DNA from: Torpedo marmorata
Taxonomy: Eukaryota
Length of the DNA: 64,000 bases
NCBI GenBank assembly: GCA_977017645.1
Contig: OZ360252.1
Coordinates: forward strand, 17,422,001 to 17,486,000
Reading direction: 5' to 3'
The position numbers and the translations under genes are program-made. Below are positions 51,700 to 64,000 of the stretch, in pieces (position 1 is the stretch's first letter; every line of letters starts with the position of its first letter). The notes beneath the pieces were generated by a model. The model did no database searches. It was given only the letters and a program-made list of their open reading frames with translations, and had not been told where the DNA came from.

Positions 51700-52240
51700 A
51701 GGTTGCAATTACACTCCAGACGAAAACAAATCTTCATCCGATCTCTACCAAACTGCATCCACCTAATGTCAATCCCATGCCGTCTGGTCTGTGAATCCTC
51801 TGGCATTCGTACATTTTGTTGCTATCTACCTTGTCTGCATCTAACATCATTTTGTGCACCTCCATCAGGTCCCCACATTGCCTCCTCTGCTCCAAGGAAA
51901 ACACACAAAGCCTATCCAGTCTTTCCTCATAATTAATAAATTGCATCTCGAGGCACCATGCTGATGAATCATTTTTGCACCCTCTGCAGCGCCAGCACAT
52001 TCTTTCTATCGCGTGCCAACTGTACCTGCATGCCACAGTCCAGCTGTGGCCCAGAAGATGCTTTATAAAGTTCATCTCACTTCTCCTCTTATCTGTGTCC
52101 CAACCAATGAATGCAAGCGATTTTGCGTGCTTTCTTCACCACTCTATTTACCTGTGCTACCACCTGCAGGATATTTGGACTTTTAAACCAAGTCCGCTTA
52201 TTCCCATCTGTACGCTCGACATCCCTGCCATTCATGATAT
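51700..52240 (-). mobile_element. Old CR1 3' fragment
   Basis: YEERLDRLCVFSLEQRRQCGDLMEVHKMM. Confidence 0.7.
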
Positions 52241-53934
52241 ATGTTCGGGCTCTCATCATGTATCCTGCTCAATTGTTCGGCTTAACTTAATTCTAACATT
52301 TCCCTGCCCAATCTTTGAGCTGGTTAATTTAACTCTGCAGTCAAAGACCACCCTCCTCACTATTAAAACCACCACTAATTGACATGCCAGCGACGTTTAC
52401 CCACAATATCTCATAATGTAACTCATTTCCACTGCATGTACAGATATCAGACGAAGAAGAGAGGGAGCCAAGCGAGTTGGGGGAACAAGAGATTGACATT
52501 GTGCAGGAAAATGTTAACATTACATGATCTAAGATAGGGCAAGCAAGGAACATTCAGAACATTCCTCGTTTCCCCGAGTCTCACCATTTCTTCTCGCACT
52601 ACATAATCAAAGTACCAGAATAAATCAATCAAATTACATAAGACTCATTTAAATTATTTAGAACAAATATAATACAATCACAAATCATGAATATAACCAA
52701 CAAACCTTAAGTCTTAACCTTCTTATTTGGTGGTCAAATGTCTGCCAGTCGAAAGAATGGTTTTGTCCAAAGTGGTGCAAGTTCAGGGAGTGGATTCCCA
52801 TGTGAGACTGCTGGGAAGTTTCTGCAAGCTGCTGTTTCACCAGGCTTCAGCTTTCCCGATTACATCTCTGCAGGGAAAGGTGATAAGGTGGTTGGAGAAT
52901 CATTCATCTATCATGGTCTGACCATCACAGGTTTTGTGGAAGATTAAGTAGCGTCTGCAGTTTACCCTTATTGTAGTTGCGTGGTTGGGAAATAAAAGTA
53001 ATTGATGGACAAGTGAGAAATACGTTGGTGCAAAATATGTTAGTGGAAAATAAGTGGGAAATTGCAACTGATGAGAATACCCTGCATGAACACATATTTT
53101 TCATAGTCATAGAAAATATTGAAACATAAATCCCACTCTCATGGCCCCAAATCCTTACAAACCGCCCAGAGATTCTACCACCCTACAGAGGTACTCGTCT
53201 TTGAAATGTTGGCAGAAACAGGAAAACCTGTAGAAACCTCACGATGTCCCAAGGAGAAAGGACAAACTGCTCACAGACAGCAGACGAAGGTCAGGATTGA
53301 CCCTGTGTCTCCTGGTAGTGTGGGGAAGTTGAATGGTGAAACTACGAAGTGCACCACTGGGCCATTCATAATTCGACTGAATAATACCTCATTTTCTCCA
53401 AAGAAAATACGGGACTATAATTGTGTTCTCATGCTGATCCTTGCTTGTGTTCATTTGCAATGGTTGTGTTCCTTTCAGTGATCAATTGGCTGTATAGGTT
53501 TCGGCTCGTCAAGCACTAACTCTGTGTAATAGGCGCTAAGCAATTCATTCTGAGTAAATGTAAGTATCTCCAAGCAATACCCTATTCATACACTTTGATG
53601 TTATTTACAGGACATGCAGAAATGATGCCAGTCCTAACAAAAGTGCACAGATATAACCAGTTGGGTGGTTCAGGTCCCAAGTTTGTTTATATTTCTTCAC
53701 CTGCAGAAGGTATATGATGGATTTGTTAAATATTCCACAAAATATTTGTGCTTCACCAAAGAATTTCTTTTTTACAAATATTAGTGAACTGATTTTGGCA
53801 TCTGTGGCATACTTGGCATTGTCAAGTATAGTTAAACATTATTTATGATATCGAACATGTGGTGAAAGTGTTAACTCTACTTATTTATTCATTGACCGTG
53901 ATTAATTCCATTCCTAGGGACTTCAAATACACGT

Positions 53935-53942
53935 TATATAGA
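53935..53942 (+). promoter_or_regulatory. Candidate TATA box of the GPCR gene
   Basis: TATATAGA about 110 nt upstream of ATG 54051; motif and position only. Confidence 0.3.
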
Positions 53943-54050
53943 GGGTTTTATTCAATGCATTATCGACAAGTGCCTATGAGAACATCATCTCTGGCACACA
54001 GGGATCGGCAACTCTTCAGATGAGTAAGAAAAACTCGTTCTAATAGAACG

Positions 54051-54174
54051 ATGGTGGTGTCCAGTTTTACAAAAGACCGCAGTCATCCAATTCCAGTAGT
54101 CATTCAGATATTGTTAACTCTTTGGGATATACAGATGGTTTACTATCCTCTCCTTGCTGCTGTTGGTATCCCAG
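54051..54174 (+). CDS. GPR139/GPR142-like class A GPCR, exon 1
   Basis: acgATGG start; ...IQMVYYPLLAAVGIP then G|gtaagt; phase-1 intron inside TM1. Confidence 0.88.
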
Positions 54175-54581
54175 GTAAGTATTTTTATCCAGTTATGAAT
54201 TTTCAAACAATGTTTAAACACCAATCCATTGTTAGAATTTAGTTCTGGCAAATTAGTTAATTTAAATTCAGGGTCCCTTCTAATAAGTGCGGTACATTTC
54301 ATTGTTACTGAAGTAGAGGTATGCCAAAGATACTGATCCCCATGCAAGCTGCATTGGCAATGCAAAGACTTGTAGATATCTACAGGCAGGAATACTGCGG
54401 AGAATACAACATAAAGTTTTGATTGTGTTCAAGAACTTGCTTTGAAGGCAGTCATTTGTGAATTGAATTAATACCAGAATTCAGTCTCATGGACACACTC
54501 TTGCACACACTTGTGACAGGTGGTTAATTTGTGTTGCTTGTCATGTATTAGTCTCTTCCTTAGTGAATATGTAGTGAATTA

Positions 54582-54614
54582 GTCTATTCCTTACTGATTC
54601 AGTAAGGAATAGAC
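54582..54614. repeat. Perfect 16-bp inverted repeat (1-nt spacer) in the GPCR intron
   Basis: gtctattccttactga-t-tcagtaaggaatagac. Confidence 0.95.
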
Positions 54615-54811
54615 GAATACAATACACATATATATTTCCCTATTTGTTCCCGGTTAAAATTTAAAATCCAGTCTTCTGGAGAAAATGTAGTGCCATGTAG
54701 AAGAGCAATGTCTTTCTTTTGGGCAGACAATCAGAGTTGTAAATCACTCAACATAAAATTGTTGCCTTTAACTGCCTGATCTCTAATCACTCTCTCCTCT
54801 TTTCTTTACAG

Positions 54812-55704
54812 TTAACTTGGTGACTGTTTTTATCTTGTCACGGAACAGATGTGGTCTTTCCAAATGTGTCACTTTCTACATGCTGGCCATGGCAACCTCA
54901 GATCTACTGACCATTATCATCGATCTTGTATTGAGGCATATTCCAATTATTTATCAGCTTCAATTTGTATTGTACATCCCTCTGTGCAATATTCATGCTG
55001 TCTTGCTTTATGCAGTCACAGATTGTTCTGTCTGGTTCACTGTAATGTTTACCATTGATCGATTTGTGGCCATTTGTCGTGAGAAAATGAAAGTTAAATA
55101 TTGTACCGAAAAGGCAGCAGTGACGATTTTAGCAACGGTTGCTGTTCTATCCCTTTTAAAAAACGTAATTTGGTATTTTGTATATACAGGTATGTATTGG
55201 CTTTTAAATGATCCTTGGTTTTGTGTCGTAAGAGATGGAAATCTGAATTCACATATCTGGGGAGCGATTGAATTCCTTCATTTTATTCTAACACCTGGGC
55301 TTCCATTTATTCTTATTCTGCTACTCAATGCATTGATCGTCAGGCACATTTTAGCGGCCAGCAAAGCCCGCAGGAGAATAAGAAATCTAGGCACCGGGGA
55401 ACCCCGAAAGGACACAGAGATGGATAACCGAAGGAAATCTATCGTTTTATTATTTGTTATCTCGGGGAACTTTATAATATTATGGGTGGTATTTATGACG
55501 TACTCTATTTGGCGACGAATGAGATATTTAGGCTTGACGTCTGAAAATGTACATTTCTTTGTGCGGGAAATGGGGTTCATGCTCCAACTCCTGTCGTGCT
55601 GCACAAACACTTGTATTTATGCCGTGACCCAAAATAAATTTAGGAACCAATTCATGGAAGTTGTCAAATACCCTTTTGCACTAATTGTCAAAATCGCTAA
55701 ATGA
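54812..55704 (+). CDS. GPR139/GPR142-like class A GPCR, exon 2 (spliced protein 338 aa)
   Basis: tttctttacag|TT AAC; TM1 Asn, MATSDL (TM2 Asp), PLC, FTIDRFVAIC, KYCT, PGLPF, SCCTNTCIY; frame intact. Confidence 0.93.
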
Positions 55705-56258
55705 TAGAATTAATGCAAATTCTTCCAGCATGCATCCCCTCGCCTATCGCCTGAAATGAGCCGTGCACGCAGGAGATACCAAGTGTCATTTTAAAGTGGT
55801 CATAAAGACTATCCCACCTCTTCCTGGTTCTCCAGCTTCCTCCCACGTTAGTAATTTATTAGTAAATTGTCAGTGAGCGCTAGAATCTAAGGGTACGAAT
55901 GCGAACTTTGGGAGACTAATGAGTGTGTGCTCAGTGTAAATTAATATTTGATTGTAGGCGCAGACAATAGGCAAACAATCTATGTCTATTCTACATGACT
56001 CGTTTCTGTGTTTTTATTTGCAGAATCGCAGAATTCCTGTCAATTCATATCTAGTTGACAATTGCAAAGTATGAAAACAAATCCGTTTGGATGAAAGTAG
56101 TTCTCCTTTCGGGTTTCGCTGCCAGCGTTTAATTCTGTTGATAACCTACTTTAATAATTCATGTCTTTGTTTTGATGAACTATATTATTAATGGAAACGT
56201 ATACCCAAACATTTTACATTTTACATATCTGAATGATGGATGTGTCCTTTTTTATAAC

Positions 56259-56291
56259 AATAAAGTAATATTATAGATTAACACCAATAAA
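56259..56291 (+). terminator. Candidate polyadenylation signals of the GPCR gene
   Basis: AATAAA at 56259-56264 and 56286-56291, about 0.55 kb after the stop codon. Confidence 0.4.
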
Positions 56292-57489
56292 TGCAAATAG
56301 ACATAGCGAAATTAAAGATAGGCATTAATGGTTGACCAGAATACGGAGGAGGTGGAAGCGTGCTGGACAGACTCTTCTTATATCATTGGACACTGCAAAA
56401 TATTTTATAGAAAACCTTTGGAAATAGTTTTCCAACCACCTTATTTTTTCTGAATTTGGTAGTGTTGGCAACATCAGTTTTTATTCATCAAACCTACTTA
56501 TCCTTGAGAATGTGGTGGCGAGTTTTTTCTCTGCGTCTTCGATGCGGTATTTGAATAAGTTATATTTTGTTTCGATTTCGAGAAATGGCTTAGGAGTTAT
56601 ATGCACTTAATGTATTTCCGAAACTAAAACACTTTATTTTATAAAGCAGCAGAATTAATTGAATTGAACATTTTTTATCTGATTGTCGAAGAGAAAAGGC
56701 ATCTTCCTCTGAAGTAAAACTGTTCTACTGTCAATCCAAAATTATTTCTGAAATTCAGGAACATATTTTTATTGTAGTGGCAACCTGCGAGTGTCCGTCC
56801 ACTGTGTAATCTGAAATTTAATATTATTTCAATCCTTGGAATACGGAAATTTCAGTCTATTGTTATCTAAATAGCAACTTCTCCAACATGATGCAGGGGA
56901 CAACAATTCTCACGGCAGGACTGGAGTTACACTGAGGGCCGACAGTTTATTGAAGCTATTAACGTGCTCGGTGGGACATTGTTGGAAACGTTTTTTTTTA
57001 CAATCAGTTGAATCGTACACTTTATTTGAAGGTTACAATGACAGACATGAATCAGCTCATTAATTTAAAACCTTTCATCAGCTGACATATTCTACAGATT
57101 ATACATTAATTACCATGAATGCGGAAAATTATTTTATGATTAAAAAATCAGAACGATAACAGTGCTCTTGAAAGTTCTAATTCATATATTGTTCTGGAAT
57201 TGAGCTCCCGAGTAATCAAAGTGGTTGCTGTTTTTGTCTATCGTGGATTTTCATGCATTTTTTTTATTTAGGACAAATTATGAGCAAATCAAATGCACTA
57301 TTCGATCTGAAACATAAATGACGTTACTTCAATTTTTACATATACAATGTGAGTGTTCAATTGTTACTGAACATCACGCATACTTATTGCATGGCTGTAA
57401 AGAAAGGCGTCACATTATCTACAGACCATTAACTAGTCACACTCGGATGCCTTACGCATCTACATATGGAAATCAAAAAGATTTACAAA

Positions 57490-60175
57490 GGGTAAATTAG
57501 ATGGGACAGAGCGGGAGGGGTGAAAGGGGGAGCAGTGGCATTGCTCGTCAAGCAAAATATCATAGCTGTGCTGAGACAGGACACACAAGAGGACTCGACT
57601 ACTGAGGCGATATGGGTGGAGCTGAGGAACGGGAAAAGTATGAGCACATTCATGGTTATATTACAGAGCAAGTCTGTAGAAAGTGAGTAGACAGATGCAG
57701 GAAATTTAAAGTTGTGATTGTACGAGAATTTAACTTTCCACGTACTGACTGGGATTCCGATACACTAAAAGGACTGAATGGCTTAGATCTCGTCAATTTG
57801 TTCAGTAAAGTTATTGAAATCAAAATATAGATGTACCAACTAGAGAGCGTGCAATATTGGATCTCCAATCAGCGAAGGAGATAGAAGGTGACAGAAGTAT
57901 GTATAGGGGAACATTTTGAGTCCAACGATCATAATGCTATTAGTTTCAAGTTACTTATGGATAAGGATAGAACTGGTCCTCGGGTATAGATTCTAAAGCG
58001 GAGAAAGGCCAATTTTGAGGAAATGAGAAAGGATCTATAAAGCGTGTATTGGGATAAGTTTTTCTCTGGCAAGGACGTGTTTGATCAGTGGAAGGCCTTC
58101 AAAGGTGAAATCTTGAGAGTACAGAGTTTGTATGTTGCTGTCAGTATTAAAGAAAAAATATTAACAGGCATAGGGAAACTTGGTTTTCGAGGGATATTTG
58201 GGATCTTGTTAAGAAGAAGTGAGAGGTTTAGAGAAGGTATGGGCAACAAGGAGAAAATTAGTTACTTTTGGAGTATACAAAATGCAAGAAAAATCTTAAT
58301 GAAATCAGATCGGCAAAAAAGAAGACATAAGGTTTCTTTGGCAGATAATGTGATGGAAAATCCTAAGGGTTTATACAGGTATATTAAAAGCAAAATGATA
58401 GTGAGGGACAAAATTATTCCCCTTGAATATCAGAGTTTTATGTATGCTGTGCATGGATCCAAAAGAGATGGAAGAAATCTTAAGGTTTTTGCATCATTAT
58501 TTATTCAGGAAACTGGCACAAAGTCGAGGGAAGTAAGGAAAACAGGAAGTGTGGTCATGGAAACTATACATATTAATGAGGAAGCTGTGCTTGCTGTGTT
58601 ACCGCGAATAAGGGAGGATAAATCCCCTGGGCCTGACAAGATATTCTCTCAGACCTTGAGGGAGGCTAGTGTAGAAATTTCAGGGGCCCTGGCATAAATG
58701 TTGAAAAACTCCTTTGCCGCAGGTGAGGTTCCACAGGATTGGAGGGTAGCTCATGTTGTTCCATTGTTTTAAAAGGGCTCCAAATGTAACCAGGGAAATG
58801 ATAGGCCGCTGGGTCTGTAGTCAGTAGTTGATAAATTATTGGAAGGTGTCAAAAGAGTTCGGAGATACAAGTATTTGAACAGCCAGGGACTGATTAGTGC
58901 ATGGCTTTGTACCTCGCTTGTCGTGTTTAACCAAACTTTTAGAGTTTTTCGAGGCAGTTACGCTGAACGTCGATGAAGGAAAGACTGTGGATTTTGCTTA
59001 CATGGACTTTAGTAAGGCCTTTGACAAGGTTCAGCATGGAAGGTTAGTCAACATGGTTCAGACGCGCGGTATCCATGGTGATGTATAAAATTGGATTTGG
59101 AATTGGCTGTACGGGAGATGCCAGAGAATCGGAGTGAATGATTGCTTTTCAGAATCGAGGCCTGTGACTGGTGGTGTGCCTCAGGGGTCAGTGCCGGGAC
59201 CATTGTTGTTTGTCATCTATATCAATTATCTGGATGAGAATGTGGTAATTTGGATCAGCAAGTTTGAACATAACACAAAGATTCGAGGCGTTGTGGACAG
59301 CGAGGAAGGCTTTCAAAGCTTGCAGATAGATCTGGGCCAGCTGGGAAATTGGGCTGAAAATTGAAGATGTAATCTAATGCCGATAAATGTGAGGTGTTGC
59401 ATTTCGGACGGACAAACCATGGTAGGTCAAACATGGTAAATGTTAGGGCACTGAATAGTGAGGTAGAACAGAGGGATCTGGGAATTCAGATACATAATTC
59501 CCTAAAAGTTGCGTCACATGTAGACAGGGTTGTAAAGAGAGTTTTGGCATATTGATCTTCAAAAATCAAAATATTGAGTTTCGGTGTTGCGATGTTAAAG
59601 TTGTATAAGACATTGGTGAGGCCAAGTTTGGGGTTTTGTGTGCAGTTTTGGTTACCTGACTACAGGAAAGATATTAATAAGATTGAAAGAGTGCAGGGAC
59701 GATTTATTAGGATTTTGCCCAGACTTCAGGAACTAAGTTACAGGGAAAGGTTAAACAGGTAGGGACTTTATTCCCTGGAGCGAAGAAACATGGGGGAGAT
59801 ATGATACAGGTGCACAAAATTATGAGGGCTATAGATAGAGAAATTCAGGTAGGCTTTTTCCACTGAGGTTATGTAAGATACAAACTAGATAACATGGGTT
59901 AAGGGTGAAAGGAGAAAGGTTAAGGGAGAACATTAGAGGGAACATTTTTCATAGAGAGAATAGTGGGACTTTGTAACGAACTGCCAGCTGAAGTGGTGAA
60001 TGAGGGCTCGATTTTCACATTTAAGACACATTTGGACAGGTACAACGATGGGAGATGTATGGAGGGCTCTGGACTGGGTGCAGGACAGCGGACTCGGCAG
60101 AATAGTAGTTCGGCGTAGACTAGAAGGGCCGAACGGACTGTTTTATGAGCTGTAATGTTCTCTGGTTCTGTGGTA
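57490..60175 (+). mobile_element. Decayed CR1 LINE ORF2 (APE-RT), related to 3834-7782
   Basis: GGAVALLV, IWVELRN, KSPGPD, MDFSKAFDKV, GVPQGSV, LVRPSL..CVQFW; tail gttctctggttctgtgg. Confidence 0.92.
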
Positions 60176-61635
60176 AATTCTAATAAATGGTCACTCCATA
60201 TAATTCGATTTTAATCGTTCGTCAACTTCACCAGTACTTCACATGACCAGTACAAAGACAAGTTGCATTCAACTCATAGTGGAAAATATGAAAACAAATC
60301 AGTAGCCCTGGATGTGATAATATGACGTGTAGAAAAGCTGTATGTTCATCTTGATGGAAAGCTGAAAGCAATGTTCAATCCTGTATTCCGTTTTCCTTTC
60401 TTTAAGACTGTTGTTAGAAGAAGGTATCCGGAACGTTATGCTGGATTTACCTGCAAAATAATACAAAGACAACACACTAACGCCGGGAGAATCTAGACTT
60501 GCATGACATACCTGCTTGCAATGTTGAGAATATTTCCCTGCAATTCACTTTATCTTTAATTGCGAAACCATGGTGCAAACTCTCTGAATATATGAGAGTA
60601 ATTAAATGGGACAAATAAGGCGGGCCATGAAAACAAGTAAAGATAATGTGAAACTGTGTTTTCTTTCAATTACTAATGAGTGGGAGTTTCTCCCTGATGA
60701 GGTTTTATTGTACGTAAACATCTCTGAAATGTGAAAACAATGTAAATTGTACAGAATATATATTATTGTTTCGGTGTAATTCATCGATATGTGCGGACAT
60801 GCTCATCATTTCACCCATTTCCTTCCATTCTTTTCCATTCTGTTTAAACATCTTTATCGCTTAAATTATTCCTGCCTCTTCCACCTCCCCTGGCAATTTG
60901 TTTCACTCGCCAACAAACCTCTGAATGTGAGCGTGACAATCTAACATATCCATTTGCTCTACAAATGGATGATCCTCCTTAAAGTCACCGCTCACCCTCC
61001 TGCGCCCCACTGACAACAATGACTGTCGATCAGAGCCCCAACATTCTCACCATGTGACAGAATTCATCTGGCTCCATGGAAGCTTCCAGCTGATTGTGCG
61101 TTAATATATCTAAAACTCCCACTTCCCTGATACACACATGTTGCAGATCAGGAGCGTACACCTTCATTGAACCGTCATCTCCCCATCACGACCCATGGTG
61201 AATACTGGCGCGAAGTTGTCATTCAGGACACCACACCTACGTTACCACACAGACTTCCATTTGCGTCCTGAAGGGGACCTGGCTATCCTTTTCCTTTAAA
61301 CATATTTATCATTAAGTTTCGGAATCGTTTATAATTTAGCTGACCTGGGGACTTTTTGTGCCCTCTCTTGGCTTTCATATGCACGTTCTGATTATCTCTT
61401 CTCTACCACTAGAAACTTCAAATAACTCGTTTGATAACAATCTGCTGCACCTGTCTGACGTTCCCTTCTTTCCCTGAAAACAAGAATGTCATTATTTTTT
61501 CCTCCTGAATCTTACTATTTTAGCTTCTTCCCCTTATTTTCTCTTTGATTTGTGTTTCTTCCGGAACTGGCGTACCCGCAATAACTCACCTTGCCCTACC
61601 GAAGGGAAAGGACACAGGGAAATGAAGCGTTTTGC

Positions 61636-61790
61636 TTACCGTCCTCCAAGAGAAGCTGTGAAGTATGGAACCGGACCGTCCTCTCCTGCAGGCGCTGCCA
61701 AGGCGGGATGTGTGAACGTCTCACTGTGAGGTTTATCACTGACGTTTGCCGACCACGAAAGAGGGAAATCGGGATCTGTGAGAGAGAATT
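61636..61790 (-). CDS. SRCR gene B, probable last coding cytoplasmic exon
   Basis: tatttcag|AATTC; (E)FSLTDPDFPLSW...VPYFTASLGGR then TAA, which overlaps a gtaagc donor at 61639. Confidence 0.6.
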
Positions 61791-62323
61791 CTGAAATATA
61801 CTGTAGATAAAGTTGAATGTTGCCCCCTGGGCAAAAATAATCAAGGTCGAGGGAGAGAAAACAGGAAAGGGGACGAAGCCATATCATCAGTAATGATAGG
61901 TTAGAATGTTGGCAGAGGATTGAGGGGCTGAATGGCCGAAAGAAGCGCGTTCATTCCATGATGTCAATGATTGTGAAAGCACATTTGACATCATTACACA
62001 GCGAGTATGATCACATTTCTGACTTAGGAGGGCATTGCAACAATCGCCAGTTGGGACTTAATGCATCTCAGTGACGCGAAAGTGCCTTTTGTTGGGAGCC
62101 GGTGGCAAGGCAGAGTTTATGGTTCCCACTGCCGTTCTTGTGCAGGTTTAACTTGCAGATTGACAGCCCAGGAGAAACACTAAATATTAATTATATACGT
62201 GGATCATACTGTAGTATCAAATGTGTCCGAGTAAGACATGAAACTGCACCTTAATCAAAAAAATATCAATGCTTTGCTTCACAGACAACAGTTTAATGCG
62301 AGTCTAACTGAGACAGAACTCAC

Positions 62324-62455
62324 CAATGGTGTTGGTATCACCGTTGACAACCGTCAGCATGAGCGGATCATCAGCACCACTACCCACGCGGAACTGACAG
62401 TCTTGGGAATCAATGGTTTTGTTCTCAGCGCGGTCATAGTCGGCAGGATCCATAT
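62324..62455 (-). CDS. SRCR gene B, cytoplasmic exon (132 nt)
   Basis: cttccttctag|ATATG...ACCATTG|gtgagt; DMDPADYDRAENKTIDSQDCQFRVGSGADDPLMLTVVNGDTNTI; phase 1-1, open. Confidence 0.75.
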
Positions 62456-62899
62456 CTAGAAGGAAGTAAAGGTTGTCAATGACAAACCAAAGTGACATTC
62501 CTCCAAATCATTTTGGTGTAGCGAGCTATACTTCGCCTGATGCAAGGTTTTGTTTCTCGCGTGATGCACAGTTTGACGGAGGAAAAATGTTAATAATCGT
62601 CCGGGATCTTCACGACTGAACCGAGCAATTAGACTGCGTGCTCATTTAATATTTCAGTGCCTGTGAAGGACTCGGATTAAACAAACAATGGCCATTATTT
62701 CTTTCCATTGCACAATTGGCTGCACTCGAGTCATTTGTTTCACATTCAAACTTGTTCTAAAGCTACTTATAACACAAACCCATTTTAAATATCGTTATAT
62801 TCTCCGGTATTTCACGTCGTACATATCTGCATAGTTTCTGATCATAAACAGATTTATGTAAAATAAGATAAAGTGGGAAGTCCGAAAAATGTGTCAAAC

Positions 62900-63010
62900 C
62901 ATGAACACGGGAACTGTTCCCATGAGGATGTTCTGGCTCCAGAAAAGCACCATCCGAAGGGTCGCTCGTGTAATATTCAATTTGATTGATGAAATCAATG
63001 GAACCAGACG
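62900..63010 (-). CDS. SRCR gene B, cytoplasmic exon (111 nt)
   Basis: ctctag|CGTCT...GTTCATG|gtttga; ASGSIDFINQIEYYTSDPSDGAFLEPEHPHGNSSRVH; phase 1-1, open. Confidence 0.75.
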
Positions 63011-63189
63011 CTAGAGGTCAATGAAAGTGACAGTTATTGTGGAGATTATTTTGGGAATTGTGACAGAATTCATAAATGCTTTACTATGAAAATGATGGTA
63101 TCGTGATATGCCACACGACACCATTGCGGAATATCATTCAATGCAACAACCCGGCTTACTCATGAAGTGGATGATATCACTAGAAGCAC

Positions 63190-63375
63190 TTTCCGGCCAT
63201 TTAAACACATTAAGCCCAATTACACTCAATTAACCTACAACCCCATACGTTTTGGAGTTTGAGACGAAACCGGATCACCTGGGAAAACCCACGCAAAGTA
63301 CGGGGAGAACCTGCAAACTCCTGCACACAGCTCCGGATTCGTACCCCGGTCGCGACGCTAAAAGTGCCAATTTGC
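63190..63375 (-). mobile_element. tRNA-derived SINE (also present at ~46030-46215 in the inverted duplicate)
   Basis: gaaaccggatcacctgggaaaacccacgca..ggggagaacctgcaaactcc. Confidence 0.7.
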
Positions 63376-63664
63376 AGATAATCTACATCCATTTGATTGT
63401 TACGGCAGGACGGCTGAGCAGAAGAGAACATTCGGAAATGCCGGCCATTTCATTTTTTTTAATGAAAAACCACGTCTATTAATGGAGAAGTGTACACAAC
63501 CACGTTGCACGTGTGATCACAGACATAGATGCAAAGATAGTCTGATTATCAAGGTCATACTCCATATGAGATATTTGTTCGCATCTACTCGTTATTTTCA
63601 TAACAAATAATATGGGAAGAGGCAGCAGACTAAACGACACAGTTCGATATGCTCCCATCATTAA

Positions 63665-64000
63665 ATTTAAATTTTAAAATTTAAATTTACTAATATTTGG
63701 AGATCCTTTTTCGACTATTATCAGAGTTTATGATTCCTCATTCTTTGAAGTTATATTATTACTGAAGGTCAGTGCAATTCTGGGGTGGGTGTAAGTGGTA
63801 GGTTAGTTCAGATTGCTTTAGCTTTTATAAAAAAAATGTATTATGATGAAATTACTAATTTATCTTTTTTGCGGCTTGGTTCTTTTTATACCTATTAGTA
63901 TTATAATACTAAATTGTAAATAAAAAATGATATATATCTGTAATGTATACTCTGTTATGGATGGATTAATGGAACATGTGATAATGCTTTTCTTTGCTTT
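63665..64000 (+). mobile_element. L1/Tx1 extreme 3' fragment
   Basis: KFTNIWRSFFDYYQSL* resembles the ORF2 C-terminus of the other L1s; followed by a G-rich then AT-rich UTR. Confidence 0.55.

Noticed and set aside
54020-54043. Upstream ATG as the GPCR start
   Set aside because: ATG AGT AAG AAA AAC TCG TTC TAA terminates before 54051; at most a 7-codon uORF.

Overview
Eukaryotic, repeat-rich vertebrate DNA. The CR1/Penelope/Rex/Tc1 repertoire and gene families point to a cartilaginous fish, probably a ray (inference). The main content is a tandem cluster of group-B SRCR (CD163/SCART/WC1-like) membrane receptors on the minus strand. Gene A: two short signal-peptide exons (29753-29708, 21473-21441) and six phase-1 SRCR exons running off the left edge. 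Gene B: only its Tyr-motif cytoplasmic-tail exons (63010-61636) are in the window. Between them lie an inverted, disabled copy of the transmembrane and tail exons (45081-47077), an intact two-exon GPR139/142-like class A GPCR (54051-55704), a heavily deleted DHX8/PRP22-like retrocopy just upstream of gene A, a degraded direct segmental duplication and CTCF-like sites. Mobile elements: two long CR1 LINEs, two L1/Tx1 3' ends with long TSDs, Rex/Babar fragments, Penelope elements with minimal hammerhead-ribozyme motifs, two solo LTRs, two Tc1 copies, SINEs and a GC-rich structured non-coding retroelement. There is one 223-nt assembly gap. All calls are by eye; no database search or folding program was run, and repeat boundaries are approximate unless a TSD is quoted.
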